A DNA stretch of 64,000 bases, taken from positions 544,001 through 608,000 of the forward strand of contig CBDBOV010000006.1 of the NCBI GenBank assembly GCA_965208575.1, written 5' to 3'. Source of the stretch: Spirochaetia bacterium. Its GTDB lineage: Bacteria; Spirochaetota; Spirochaetia; SZUA-6; Bin103. A program made the position numbers and the translations under genes. The notes beneath the pieces are model-generated. The model was not told the origin of the DNA. It did not search any database and saw only the letters and a program-made list of their open reading frames with translations. Below are positions 28,264 through 37,287 of the stretch, piece after piece. Within the stretch, counting starts at the first letter, position 1, and every line of letters begins with the position of its first letter.

Positions 28264-29592
28264 CTACAGGTCGGCGACCTCCTCGATGGTCTCGGCGACC
28301 AGGGCGAACAGGTCGTCGATCTGGGACGGCGTGATGGGCAGCGGCGGCGCCAGGGCGATGGTGTCGCCGGTGACGCGGATGAACGCCCCCTTCCCGAACG
28401 CCTTGTGCAGCGCGGTCATGCCGCGCACCGTCGGCTTGCCCGGCACCGGCGCCAGCTCGATCGCCGCGGTCAGGCCGATGTTGCGGATGTCGATCACGTG
28501 CGACAGCCCGCGCAGGGCGTGCGCGGCGTTCTCCCAATGTCCGTCGAGCTCGGCCGCGCGGGTCAGCAGGTTGTCGCGCTCGTAGACCGCGAGCGTGGCG
28601 CGTGCCGCCGCGCAGGCCAGCGGGTGGCCGGAGAAGGTGTAGCCGTGGGTCAACTCGATCGCGCCCTCCGGCCCCGCCATGAACGTGTCGTAGATCTCCT
28701 CGCGGACCGCCACCGCCCCCATCGGCACGGTGGCGTTGGTCAGCCCCTTCGCCAGCGTGACCAGGTCCGGCAGCAGGTCGAAGTACGTGGCCGCGAACGG
28801 CGAGCCCAGCCGCCCGAAGCCGGTGATCACCTCGTCGAAAATCAGCAGGATGCCGTGCGCGGCGGTGATTTCCCGCAGCCGCTCCAGATAGCCGACCGGG
28901 GGCACCAGCACGCCCGCCGAGCCGGACATGGGCTCGACGATCACCGCGGCGATGGTCTCCGCGCCGTGCAGGGCGATCAGGTCCAGCAGCGCGTCGGCGC
29001 GCTCTGCCCCGTGCTCGGGCTGCCCACGGCTGAAGGCGTTGCGCTCCGGGTCGTGGGTGTGCGGCAGGTGGTCGACGCCGGGAAGCAGCGCCCCGTAGGG
29101 CGTGCGGTTGGGGCCCATGCCGCCCACGGAGATCCCGCCGAAGCCCGCCCCGTGGTAGGCGCGCTCGCGGCCGATCAGGCGGGTGCGGGCGCCCTCACCG
29201 CGCCGCCGGTGGAAGGCGAGCGCGATCTTCAGCGCGGTGTCCACCGCCTCGGACCCGGAGTTGACGAAGAACGGGTGTCCGAGGTCGCCCGGCAGGATCG
29301 CCTGCAGCTCGCCGGCCAGCTCGAACGCCGCCGGATGGCCCATCTGGAAGGAGGTCGCGTAGTCGAGCTCCGCGACCTGGCGCTGCACGGCCTCCACGAT
29401 CTCCGGCCTGCCGTGGCCGGCGTTCACGCACCACATGCCGGCGATCCCGTCGATGAGCCGGCGGCCGTCGCGGGAGCGGTAGTAGACGCCCTCGGCGGAC
29501 TCCACCAGCCGCGGGGTACTCTTGAACTGCCGGTTCGCCGTGAATGGCATCCAGTAGGTTTGCAGGTCCAAATCGCTCGTCTTCGTTGACAC
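28264..29592 (-). CDS. Class III aminotransferase (omega-amino acid/beta-alanine:pyruvate transaminase)
   Basis: YWMPFTANRQF, SGSEAVDTALK, FDEVITGFGR, LAKG, HGYTFSGHP. Confidence 0.93.
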   Translation of the reverse strand: MSTKTSDLDLQTYWMPFTANRQFKSTPRLVESAEGVYYRSRDGRRLIDGIAGMWCVNAGHGRPEIVEAVQRQVAELDYATSFQMGHPAAFELAGELQAILPGDLGHPFFVNSGSEAVDTALKIALAFHRRRGEGARTRLIGRERAYHGAGFGGISVGGMGPNRTPYGALLPGVDHLPHTHDPERNAFSRGQPEHGAERADALLDLIALHGAETIAAVIVEPMSGSAGVLVPPVGYLERLREITAAHGILLIFDEVITGFGRLGSPFAATYFDLLPDLVTLAKGLTNATVPMGAVAVREEIYDTFMAGPEGAIELTHGYTFSGHPLACAAARATLAVYERDNLLTRAAELDGHWENAAHALRGLSHVIDIRNIGLTAAIELAPVPGKPTVRGMTALHKAFGKGAFIRVTGDTIALAPPLPITPSQIDDLFALVAETIEEVADL

Positions 29593-29767
29593 CAGCTCCC
29601 TCCGATCAGAGAATCGTCAACGGACCGTACCGCGCCGCGGGCTCGCGCTCAAGCACTCAACCATGCCAGTCGAACCACCCCCGTACGGAGTCGTCAACGC
29701 CCGCGACTGCGGCATGACCGCGCGCGACGGCGTAACTACAGTGTAGTGAGAGTGTCGACGCCCCTCC

Positions 29768-29827
29768 AGTGCCGGGTAGTGCCGGGTAGTGCCGGGTAGT
29801 GCCGGGTAGTGCCGGGTAGTGCCGGGT
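29768..29827. repeat. 10-bp tandem repeat (AGTGCCGGGT) x6
   Basis: Six perfect copies read directly. Confidence 0.97.
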
Positions 29828-29933
29828 GGCTGACGTGCAGGGTCTGCCCGGCGGGTCGGCGGGGGCTCGCGGACGAACGCAGCGCGAGCGCGGCGATGAA
29901 GGCAACTGCGCCGAGCCGCCGGGGGCGGCTCAT
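29818..29933 (-). pseudogene. Collapsed copy of the FG-GAP/ASPIC-UnbV gene (signal peptide joined to last ~11 codons)
   Basis: MSRPRRLGAVAFIAALAL...AGQTLHVSHPAL matches the two extreme ends of 37288-39006. Confidence 0.9.
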
Positions 29934-30910
29934 TTGTCGGCAGCGGCGTGTCCTGCCGTCCGTGGTTTGCGGTCGCCCACGTCGTAGCGGCCGGTGCCGC
30001 CGCGCAGCCGTGGATCGAGCAGGTCGCGTACCGCGTCGCCGAAGTTGTTCAGGCAGTAGACGGTGACGGTGAGCGCCAGCCCCGGCCACAGCGCCAGGTG
30101 CGGCGCCTGTTCCATGTAGCGGCGCCCCTCGCGACTCAGGAGGCCGCCCCAGCTCGGAATCTCGATCGGCAGGCCGAAGCCCAGGAAGCTCAAGCTGGCC
30201 TCGCTGATGATGACGCCGCCGATGTTGATGCTGAAGATGACCACCAGCACCGGCGCGATGTTCGGAATCACGTGGCGCAGAATCGTCCTGCCGGTTCGGC
30301 TGCCGACCGTCTGCGCCGCCTGGAAGTACATGTTCTCGCGCACGCCGATGACCGCGCCGCGCACCACCCGCGAGCCGACGATGCCGCCCGACACCCCGAG
30401 GGTGATGATGATCTGCGGCAGGCCGCGGCCGACGATCGACATGATCGTCAGCAGCAGCAGCAGCCCCGGGAATGCCATCCAGGCATCGACGAAACGCTGG
30501 GTAACCAGGTCGAGCCGGCCGCCGACAAACCCCGACACCCCGCCGATCAGCAGGGCTACCAGGACGTTGAGGGCGGTCGCCGCGAGACCTACCGCCAACG
30601 AAAGCCGCGCGCCGTAGATGATCCGCGTCAGCAGGTCGCGGCCCAGGTGGTCGGTGCCCAGCAGGTGCGCCGCCGAGGCGCCCTGCAGGCGGTCCTTGGC
30701 GTTGACCTCGAGGATGTCGTACGGCGCCAGGGTCTCGGCGAAGATGCTGACGAAGATGAGGAGCACGACCACCGCGGCGCTCGCCGCGCCGAGCGGCTTC
30801 TCTCTGACCAGCCGCGTCAGGAACCCGCGCGCCGCCCGCCCGCCCCGCGACCGCGCGTCCGCCGCGCGCCGAAAGAGACTGGCCGGCCTGGTGCGCCCGG
30901 CGTCACTCAT
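29930..30910 (-). CDS. Peptide/nickel ABC permease (DppC/OppC-like), copy A
   Basis: LGTDHLGRD, HVIPN, EASLSFLGFG, GDAVRDLLDPR. Confidence 0.93.
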   Translation of the reverse strand: MSDAGRTRPASLFRRAADARSRGGRAARGFLTRLVREKPLGAASAAVVVLLIFVSIFAETLAPYDILEVNAKDRLQGASAAHLLGTDHLGRDLLTRIIYGARLSLAVGLAATALNVLVALLIGGVSGFVGGRLDLVTQRFVDAWMAFPGLLLLLTIMSIVGRGLPQIIITLGVSGGIVGSRVVRGAVIGVRENMYFQAAQTVGSRTGRTILRHVIPNIAPVLVVIFSINIGGVIISEASLSFLGFGLPIEIPSWGGLLSREGRRYMEQAPHLALWPGLALTVTVYCLNNFGDAVRDLLDPRLRGGTGRYDVGDRKPRTAGHAAADK

Positions 30911-30922
30911 GCCGCGCCCCCA

Positions 30923-31879
30923 CTACTGGTACCGCACCCGCGGGTCCAGGGATACGTAGAGCAGATCGATGAGGAGGTTGATGACCAGCACGCCGGTGCC
31001 GAAGAACAGGTTCACCCCGGACACGACCGGGTAGTCGCGGTCCTGCAGCGCCACCAGCATCATCTGACCCATGCCGGGCAGGTTGAAGATGTTCTCGATG
31101 ATCACCGACCCGCCGACCAGCAGCGGCACCGCCAGGCCGATGGCCGACAGCACCGGGATCATCGCGTTCTTGATGGCGTGCCGAAGCACGACCATCCGCT
31201 CGCGCAGCCCCTTGGCCCACGCCGTGCGCACGTAGTCCTGGCGCAGCACCTCGAGCATCATCGTGCGGGTAATCCGCATCGTGCCGGCCGAGAGGGCGGT
31301 GCCGAGGATGATGCTGGGGATGATGAAGACGCCCAGGCTCTCCCACGGATCGTCGAGGAACCGCACCATGATGATGGGTGGTGACCAGTCCCACAAGAGG
31401 GCGGGATAGATGATCACCATCAGCGCCAGCCAGAAGTTGGGCGTGGCCAGCCCCAGCACCGCGACCGTTCTGCCTACGTAGTCCCCGGCCGTGTCCTGAC
31501 GAATGGCGGAGAAGATGCCGACCGGCAGGGCAATGACCATGGCGATGACGAGCGCCATCAGCCCCAGTTGAAAGGTGGGTCCGACGCGCAGCCAGATCTT
31601 GGCTTCGACGGTGTCCTTGCCGAGCAGCGAATCGCCCAGCGTGCCGCGCACCAGGATGTCGCCGACCCAGCGCACGTACTGGACGTGGATTGGCACATCG
31701 AGCCCGAGAATGCGCTCCAGCTGCTCGCGGTCCAGCGGCGCGGCCAGGTAGTCCATCCGGCTCTCCAGCGCGTCGATGATGTCGCCGGGAATGAAGCGGA
31801 CCGAGAGGAACACCAGCGCGCTGAGGATCAGCAGCGTGGGCACCATGAGCAGGATTCTCCTGATCACATAGGCTCGCAA
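30923..31879 (-). CDS. Peptide/nickel ABC permease (DppB/OppB-like), copy A
   Basis: TTG start with GGAGGAG; QDYVRTAWAKGL, GGSVIIENIF, LDPRVRY. Confidence 0.93.
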   Translation of the reverse strand: MRAYVIRRILLMVPTLLILSALVFLSVRFIPGDIIDALESRMDYLAAPLDREQLERILGLDVPIHVQYVRWVGDILVRGTLGDSLLGKDTVEAKIWLRVGPTFQLGLMALVIAMVIALPVGIFSAIRQDTAGDYVGRTVAVLGLATPNFWLALMVIIYPALLWDWSPPIIMVRFLDDPWESLGVFIIPSIILGTALSAGTMRITRTMMLEVLRQDYVRTAWAKGLRERMVVLRHAIKNAMIPVLSAIGLAVPLLVGGSVIIENIFNLPGMGQMMLVALQDRDYPVVSGVNLFFGTGVLVINLLIDLLYVSLDPRVRYQ

Positions 31880-31902
31880 TCCGGTCTCCTCCGCTGATGG
31901 GA

Positions 31903-31931
31903 GTGGGGTGGCAGCCGATCTACCACCCCAC
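31903..31931 (-). terminator. Stem-loop between SBP and permease genes (copy A)
   Basis: GTGGGGTGGCAG-CCGAT-CTACCACCCCAC; the copy at 40976-41004 is a perfect 12-bp stem. Confidence 0.6.
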
Positions 31932-31940
31932 GGTTAGCAA

Positions 31941-33737
31941 CTATTTGACGTACTCGCCGCGCATCTGCTCGTCGATCCACAGGCGGGCGAAGATGACCTT
32001 CCCACGGGTGTGGAAGCCCAGGCGCAGTTCGCCATTGAAGCCGACGATCCACGGCTGCACCACGAAGTACTGCGGAACGCGCGGCGACCACAGGAACCAG
32101 TGCAGCTCGGTCAGGTACATATCGGCCTCTTTGGAGAGCCGGGTGTACTCATCGATGTCCACCGTCGAGGCGGCGGCGTCGATCAGCCCATCCAGCTTCG
32201 GATCGCTGCCATGGGGGATGTTCCAGGTGGCCTCGGTGTAGCTGACCGCGCGGAGCGTGCCCGCCGGGTCGCCGGTAGTGAAGCCGGACTCGCGGCTGGT
32301 CATCCCCTCCGCGGCGCCACTCTGCGCCAACGCCACGTAGGTCGCGCCCTCCATGGGATTGATCTCGACCTTGACGCCGATGTCGCGCCAGTAGGCGGCC
32401 TGCAGCTCGAAGAAGCCCAGGTCGCGGCCCTCCCACACGTCGAACGGGACCGTCAAGCGGACGCCGTCGTCGCCGCGTGGATAGCCAGCCTCGTCGAGCA
32501 GCCGCTCGGCGCCCTCCGGGTCGTAGCTGTAGTAGCCCTGCAGCTCGGCCGGCCACTGCTCGAACGGGGTGTGGTACACGCCCGAGTAGAGGCCGATGGC
32601 GCCCTCCGGCTTCCACTCCGCGCGCCCCTTGAAGTAGTCGTTGTTCATGGTCTCGAGGTCGAGGGCCATTTGCATCGCCCGGCGCACGCGGATGTCGCTG
32701 AACGGTTCCATGGTGACCGCGAAGCCGGCGACCGTCTCGGCGCGGTTGTTACGCTCGAAATACTGCAGCTCGGGATTGCTGGCCTGCAGGCTCTCGATGT
32801 CGTCGATCGAGGAGATCTGAGCGGTTCCCGGTTGGCCGAGGTAGTCGATCTTGCGCGTGCGCATCGCCGCCAGGTGAGCGGCCGGCTCCTTCATCAGCAC
32901 GCCCTGGACGCTGTCGATGTAGGGCAACCGGTTCTCCGGGAATTTCTCGTCGAAACCCCAGTAATCGTCGACCCGTTCCCAGGTCATGGTGCTGTTTTCC
33001 ACCCAGTCGACCAACTGGAACGGCCCGGTGCCGACGTTGTTGCGATAGTCCTGCGTGTCACCGTACTGCTCGATGACCTCGCGCGCGATTATGGTGCCGT
33101 TACGTACCCTATGCAGGATTTCGCGCAGCGGCTCGCGCACCGGGCGGGTGAACTTGAACTGTACCCTGCTATCGTCGAGCGCGGTGACCGAATCGAACTG
33201 CCCGGAGAGGGCCTGGGCCGGCGATGGCTCGGTGAAGCCGCTGCCGTTGCCGAGAATCCGGTGGTAGGTGTACTCGACGTCCCGGGCGGTCAGCTTGCGG
33301 CCGTTGACCGGCGGCTTGTCGTGCCAGAACACGTCGTCGCGCATGGTGAAGACCATGGTCAGTTCGTCCGCCATCTCCCAGCTCTCGGCCAGCCAGCCGC
33401 GGAAGACCGACAGCGGAATCACGTCGCTCCGAAAGTCGAAGACGCTGCGGTCGATCGCCCAGTCGCCGATGGCGAGCTTCTCATTGACGCCGCCGATGGC
33501 CTGGTTGGCGTGGTGGGTGAACCACGGGTCCGAGCTCGGCGGGAAGGATCTCGCCGCGTAGCTGAGCGAGCCGCCGTAGCGCGGCGCGAGGACCATCTCA
33601 CCGGTCGACGGGTCGCGCACCATCTGGCGCTCTTCGGTCGCGGCTGCCGACTCTTCTTCACCACCGGCCCACAGGCCGGTTGCGGTCAGAACCAGGACCA
33701 ACGCAATCGCGAAGATCCTTGCAAACAATATCCTCAT
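31941..33737 (-). CDS. Family 5 ABC substrate-binding protein, copy A
   Basis: LWAGGEEE leader, PRYGG, LAESWE, GTGPF, PFSDIRVRRAM, LLDEAGYP; AAGGAAGG RBS. Confidence 0.93.
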   Translation of the reverse strand: MRILFARIFAIALVLVLTATGLWAGGEEESAAATEERQMVRDPSTGEMVLAPRYGGSLSYAARSFPPSSDPWFTHHANQAIGGVNEKLAIGDWAIDRSVFDFRSDVIPLSVFRGWLAESWEMADELTMVFTMRDDVFWHDKPPVNGRKLTARDVEYTYHRILGNGSGFTEPSPAQALSGQFDSVTALDDSRVQFKFTRPVREPLREILHRVRNGTIIAREVIEQYGDTQDYRNNVGTGPFQLVDWVENSTMTWERVDDYWGFDEKFPENRLPYIDSVQGVLMKEPAAHLAAMRTRKIDYLGQPGTAQISSIDDIESLQASNPELQYFERNNRAETVAGFAVTMEPFSDIRVRRAMQMALDLETMNNDYFKGRAEWKPEGAIGLYSGVYHTPFEQWPAELQGYYSYDPEGAERLLDEAGYPRGDDGVRLTVPFDVWEGRDLGFFELQAAYWRDIGVKVEINPMEGATYVALAQSGAAEGMTSRESGFTTGDPAGTLRAVSYTEATWNIPHGSDPKLDGLIDAAASTVDIDEYTRLSKEADMYLTELHWFLWSPRVPQYFVVQPWIVGFNGELRLGFHTRGKVIFARLWIDEQMRGEYVK

Positions 33738-33827
33738 CGTTCCTTCCTTAGAATGTTGTTTCGAGAGTACTGCGTACGCCGAACTCCCAACGGTGCATTC
33801 TCTCGCGAGCGCGGCCCCCCTGTCAAC

Positions 33828-35117
33828 AGCGCCGACTCGGTGAGCAAGCAAGTTCGTGACGGCGAATTCGTCGGGCCTCAGTCTCCCGCCTACGCACGGC
33901 CGTCACCCCGACAGGACTCGCCGCACTTCGTCCGCATCCACCGCCAGCGCCGCGCCGATCTCCTCGGCATCCTGTCCCAGGCCATGCAGGCGGCGGATCG
34001 CCTGCGCTAGCAGCAGGCGCCGCTCCTCTTCCGCCTGTTGCTGCGCCTGTTCCGCCTGCTGCTGACCCCGCTCCGCTCGCTGCGCCCGCTGCCGCTCCTG
34101 TGCTATGAGGCGGTCGCGATGCTCCACCTGCCGCGCCCACAGCATCGAGTCCCGAAACAGCAGGTCTTCACCCTCCATGTCGCGCCGCACCTCTTCTTCC
34201 GCCATCGCCTCACCGCAACTGCCGCAGCACGAAGGCGCACTCCACCGGATACTCCCCTTCCTCGATCGTCAGCACGTGCGCGTCACCCCGTCCGTTGCCT
34301 TTCACCAGGCCCTGGTCGAAGATCGCCAGCAGCCGCTCCAGCTCGTCCCGCCGCCGGCTCGCCAGCCGCGGTATCTGGATGATGTGGCTGCGGTGATGGA
34401 TCCCCTCCACCAGCGGATGGCTCGCCGCAAGCTCCCGCCCCGTGCGCCGCTCGGTCACCTGCGGGCACACGTCGATCACCGCCTCGTCCGACAGACCATC
34501 CAGGGCGTAGCCCAGGAAGTAGATGGTCACGATCGGCACCGCCTCGGTGCGGCCCGACGGATGGGTAAGGATGTTGTCGCCGCTGCCGATCTGCTGGCCC
34601 AGGTAGCGCCGGAAGCGCTCGATCACGGTCGGCGCGCTGGTCTTCTGAATCTCGATCAGCACCTGCCGCTCGCCGCCGTCGGCAGTGCGCACGCGGGCGG
34701 CGAAGTCCATGCGCAGCAGCGTCAGCGGCTGGACGCGCTCCGGGTCTTCGGGAGTGCGGCGCACGGCGGTCTCCTGCGGGCTGACGGTCAGCGACTGCAC
34801 CGCGAGGCCGGCGATCCTGCCGATCAGCAGGCGGGCGACGCGGTCGTTCTGCATCAGGTACTTGAACACCACGTCGTAGATCGGGTTGGCGACGTCCACG
34901 CTCCGCATTGAACCTGCGGCCCGCGCGCTGCGTCAATCGCCTTGCCCGTGTTGCGGATGATCGGTGCGGCGGCGGTGTCATGCACCGACGGGCGTGCTCC
35001 CTGGTCTATTGCCGGGGGCGGGCGGCGCCGGACGCCGGCGGAGGCTCCGGGCGTGCTTCACGCCCCGCCTCAGATCGCGACTGGCCGCCTGCGATTCGGT
35101 AGCGTGGGATAGTCCTG
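33828..35117 (-). mobile_element. Copy 1 of a repeated element carrying an Rpn-like PD-(D/E)XK gene
   Basis: Near-identical to 54479-55923 from AGCGCCGACTCGG to GGGATAGTCCTG, including non-coding flanks; no TIR or TSD seen. Confidence 0.7.
33903..34908 (-). pseudogene. Rpn-like PD-(D/E)XK nuclease/putative transposase split into 232-aa and 100-aa ORFs
   Basis: ANPIYDVVFKYL, RMDF...LIEIQK; one extra base at ~34212 versus copy 2 creates TGA just before MAEEEVRR. Confidence 0.85.
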
Positions 35118-35329
35118 CCCGGATACTTTCGTAGCTGCCGGCAACCTGATATAGTTGCATCATCCGAGCCCTGTTGGAGGTGTCAGATAGATGGCGGCAG
35201 ACGGCTCCCCCGAGTCGGCGGGAATTGAGTCCCGACTACGAGAAGGTAAGCGCTCGCCTGGATAACCCGGGACAACTGTCCAGCTACTTTGGCCAGATAC
35301 CAGGTGCTTTGCTCGGCATCTACACGAAT

Positions 35330-35563
35330 GGCGTAGTCGATCTTCATCATCGATGACATGTCATCGAACAGATCGATTGCCCTGCCGAAGTTCTCCAGGG
35401 AATGGAGATCTTACGGAGCATACTCCGCCGAGAATTCGATGTAGTCCATCGTCCCACTTTGGCCGATAACCTCCACGATCCCTGGCCAGATCGAGTGGAC
35501 GTGGGTCCCGATAGTTGGCAGCCTCTCGTTCAGACGCTCCCTGAGCACGTTCCGACGTATCAT
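35330..35563 (-). pseudogene. HpcH/HpaI aldolase-family 5' fragment with in-frame TAA
   Basis: MIRRNVLRERLNERLPTIGTH...DYIEFSAEYAP*DLHSLENFGRA. Confidence 0.7.
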
Positions 35564-35567
35564 GGGC

Positions 35568-36629
35568 TCAGAACACAATGATGGAGCGGCCGGCGATTCT
35601 TCCGTTGGCCAAGTCGTCAATGGCCTCGTTGGTCTGATCCAAGGTGTACTGTCTGGTGACCAGCTTGTCCAGCGGGAAAAGCCCCTCTCGATGCAACCTC
35701 AGAAACATGGGGAAGTCACGCTCAGGAATGCTCGAGCCGTGGCTGCCTCGGTATTGGCGCTGGTTAAATACAAAGTGCTCGGCGTTGAGGGTCATCTCCT
35801 TCTGAGGCCATCCTATCAAGACCGCCATGCCGCCCACGTTGTCGGCTCCGGGACCTCCGCTGCGGGTCATGGGTAGGAGCTGCTCGTGCACCTCCCGTTT
35901 CCCTATGGCATCGAACGAAAAGTCCACGCCCTTTCCCGTGATCTCCCAAACGGCCTCTATTGGGTCCACCTCTGAGGCATTAACCGTGTGGGTCGCTCCC
36001 CATTGCTTCGCAAATTCGAGCTTCTCGTCGACGATGTCTACGGCGATGACAGGATAGGCCTGTAGAAGTGAGGCCATCTTGATGGCCGACAAGCCGATTC
36101 CTCCAGCACCTATGATGCACACCGAATCCTCGGGGCGGACCTTGGCCGTATGCAGGACCGCGCCGGCACCGGTCAGCACCGCGCAGCCTACGATACAGCT
36201 CTCGAGGCTAGCGTCCTCGCTTGAAATAGGTATTACGAGCTGCTCATCGGCCAGCGAATCCTCGCCGTATGTATAGACCGGACCTTGTATCAGCTCTTCA
36301 CGATACGTGGCGCCAAGGGGGCTTATCCCGTCGATGTAACCTCGTCCTGGGAAGCCTGACCTCGGCACCCACGTCACGATCGCGGAGTCTCCCTCCTTGA
36401 CGTGGGTCACGTCCCGACCGGCGTCAGATACGACCCCGGTTCCCTCGTGGCCCAGGAAATGGGGACACTGATCCGGGGTTGCCGCGGCGATCTCGTGCAC
36501 CTGGGATAGGCAAACCCCGGTGGACGACATCTTGACGATGACCTGGTTTGGCTTGGGATCGGGTAACTTGATCTCGTCGATAGTCAACGGCTTGCCCGGC
36601 TCGGTGACCAATGCGGCTCTAGTCTTCAT
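35568..36629 (-). CDS. Zn-binding (MDR) alcohol dehydrogenase, lower-GC homologue of 13126-14184
   Basis: GVCLS, GHEG, GCAVLTGAGAV, GAGGIG, GSHGSSIPERDFPM shared with the first copy. Confidence 0.92.
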   Translation of the reverse strand: MKTRAALVTEPGKPLTIDEIKLPDPKPNQVIVKMSSTGVCLSQVHEIAAATPDQCPHFLGHEGTGVVSDAGRDVTHVKEGDSAIVTWVPRSGFPGRGYIDGISPLGATYREELIQGPVYTYGEDSLADEQLVIPISSEDASLESCIVGCAVLTGAGAVLHTAKVRPEDSVCIIGAGGIGLSAIKMASLLQAYPVIAVDIVDEKLEFAKQWGATHTVNASEVDPIEAVWEITGKGVDFSFDAIGKREVHEQLLPMTRSGGPGADNVGGMAVLIGWPQKEMTLNAEHFVFNQRQYRGSHGSSIPERDFPMFLRLHREGLFPLDKLVTRQYTLDQTNEAIDDLANGRIAGRSIIVF

Positions 36630-36903
36630 CTGTTCAGGATCTCCTCCTCGGTGACCACTTAGTCGACGCGTATGACGGCCCCCACGGCGTTGGCCGCGTG
36701 TCCTCGTATTGGTGACGCCTTATCTCACTTACGGCACGTGGAAGCGGCTCTGCAGGGACTGCGGAATCGTATCACGAACGACTCATCGGCGTCGACGCTC
36801 CTCACCCGGTGCCAGAGCGGAAACACAGCCTCCTCCGAGAATCCTATTTCCAAATTGCGCCGGGGGATGGATATCAAGGAGAATTCGAGTCTTCGGTCGC
36901 CTG

Positions 36904-37125
36904 TTACGGGTCGTAGATCTCGATGGTATTGGACAGACGCTCCACACCCTGACCTCCCGTGAGCAGGACCCTGCCGTCCATCAAAGTCGTGGCTGTGTGG
37001 AGGAAGCGTGACTCGGTCATTGGCATCCCCGTCGACCATGTTCCCGACGACGGATCGAACAGCTCGGTCGAGTCCTGATTGCCGGTGCTGCCTGTCACCA
37101 TCACGCGGCCGTCGCCGAGACGAGT
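36904..37125 (-). pseudogene. Kelch-repeat protein 3' remnant
   Basis: DGRVMVTG...TELFDPSSGTWST...MTESRFLHTATTLMDGRVLLTGG...EIYDP*. Confidence 0.75.
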
Positions 37126-37134
37126 GTGAAATTG

Positions 37135-37210
37135 ATAGGCAGCCGATGTCCGAGTACCCGGGATCGTCCGCCAGGATCACCACGAAGTTGGGACGCCTCG
37201 GGTCACCCGC
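37135..37210 (-). pseudogene. Arylsulfatase-type N-terminal remnant
   Basis: RRPNFVVILADDPGYSDIGC matches the sulfatase PN(F/I)xxIxADDxGYxDxG motif. Confidence 0.65.
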
Positions 37211-37287
37211 CTCGTTCGGTCACGGATCAGGCGCACGTCAGTTGGAGCCCCAAAAAGGCGAAGAGCCGCTGACCGTTGACCGTTGAC

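Larger units (their letters stand above)
29867..33776. repeat. Copy A of a ~3.9-kb direct duplication (SBP plus two permeases)
   Basis: Colinear with 38940-42855. Confidence 0.95.

Noticed and set aside
29768-29827. CRISPR or iteron array
   Set aside because: Perfect 10-bp tandem with no spacers, derived from the adjacent gene end.
33828-35117. Classical IS element
   Set aside because: No terminal inverted repeats, target-site duplication or DDE/HUH/serine recombinase motifs; kept only as a candidate non-canonical element.
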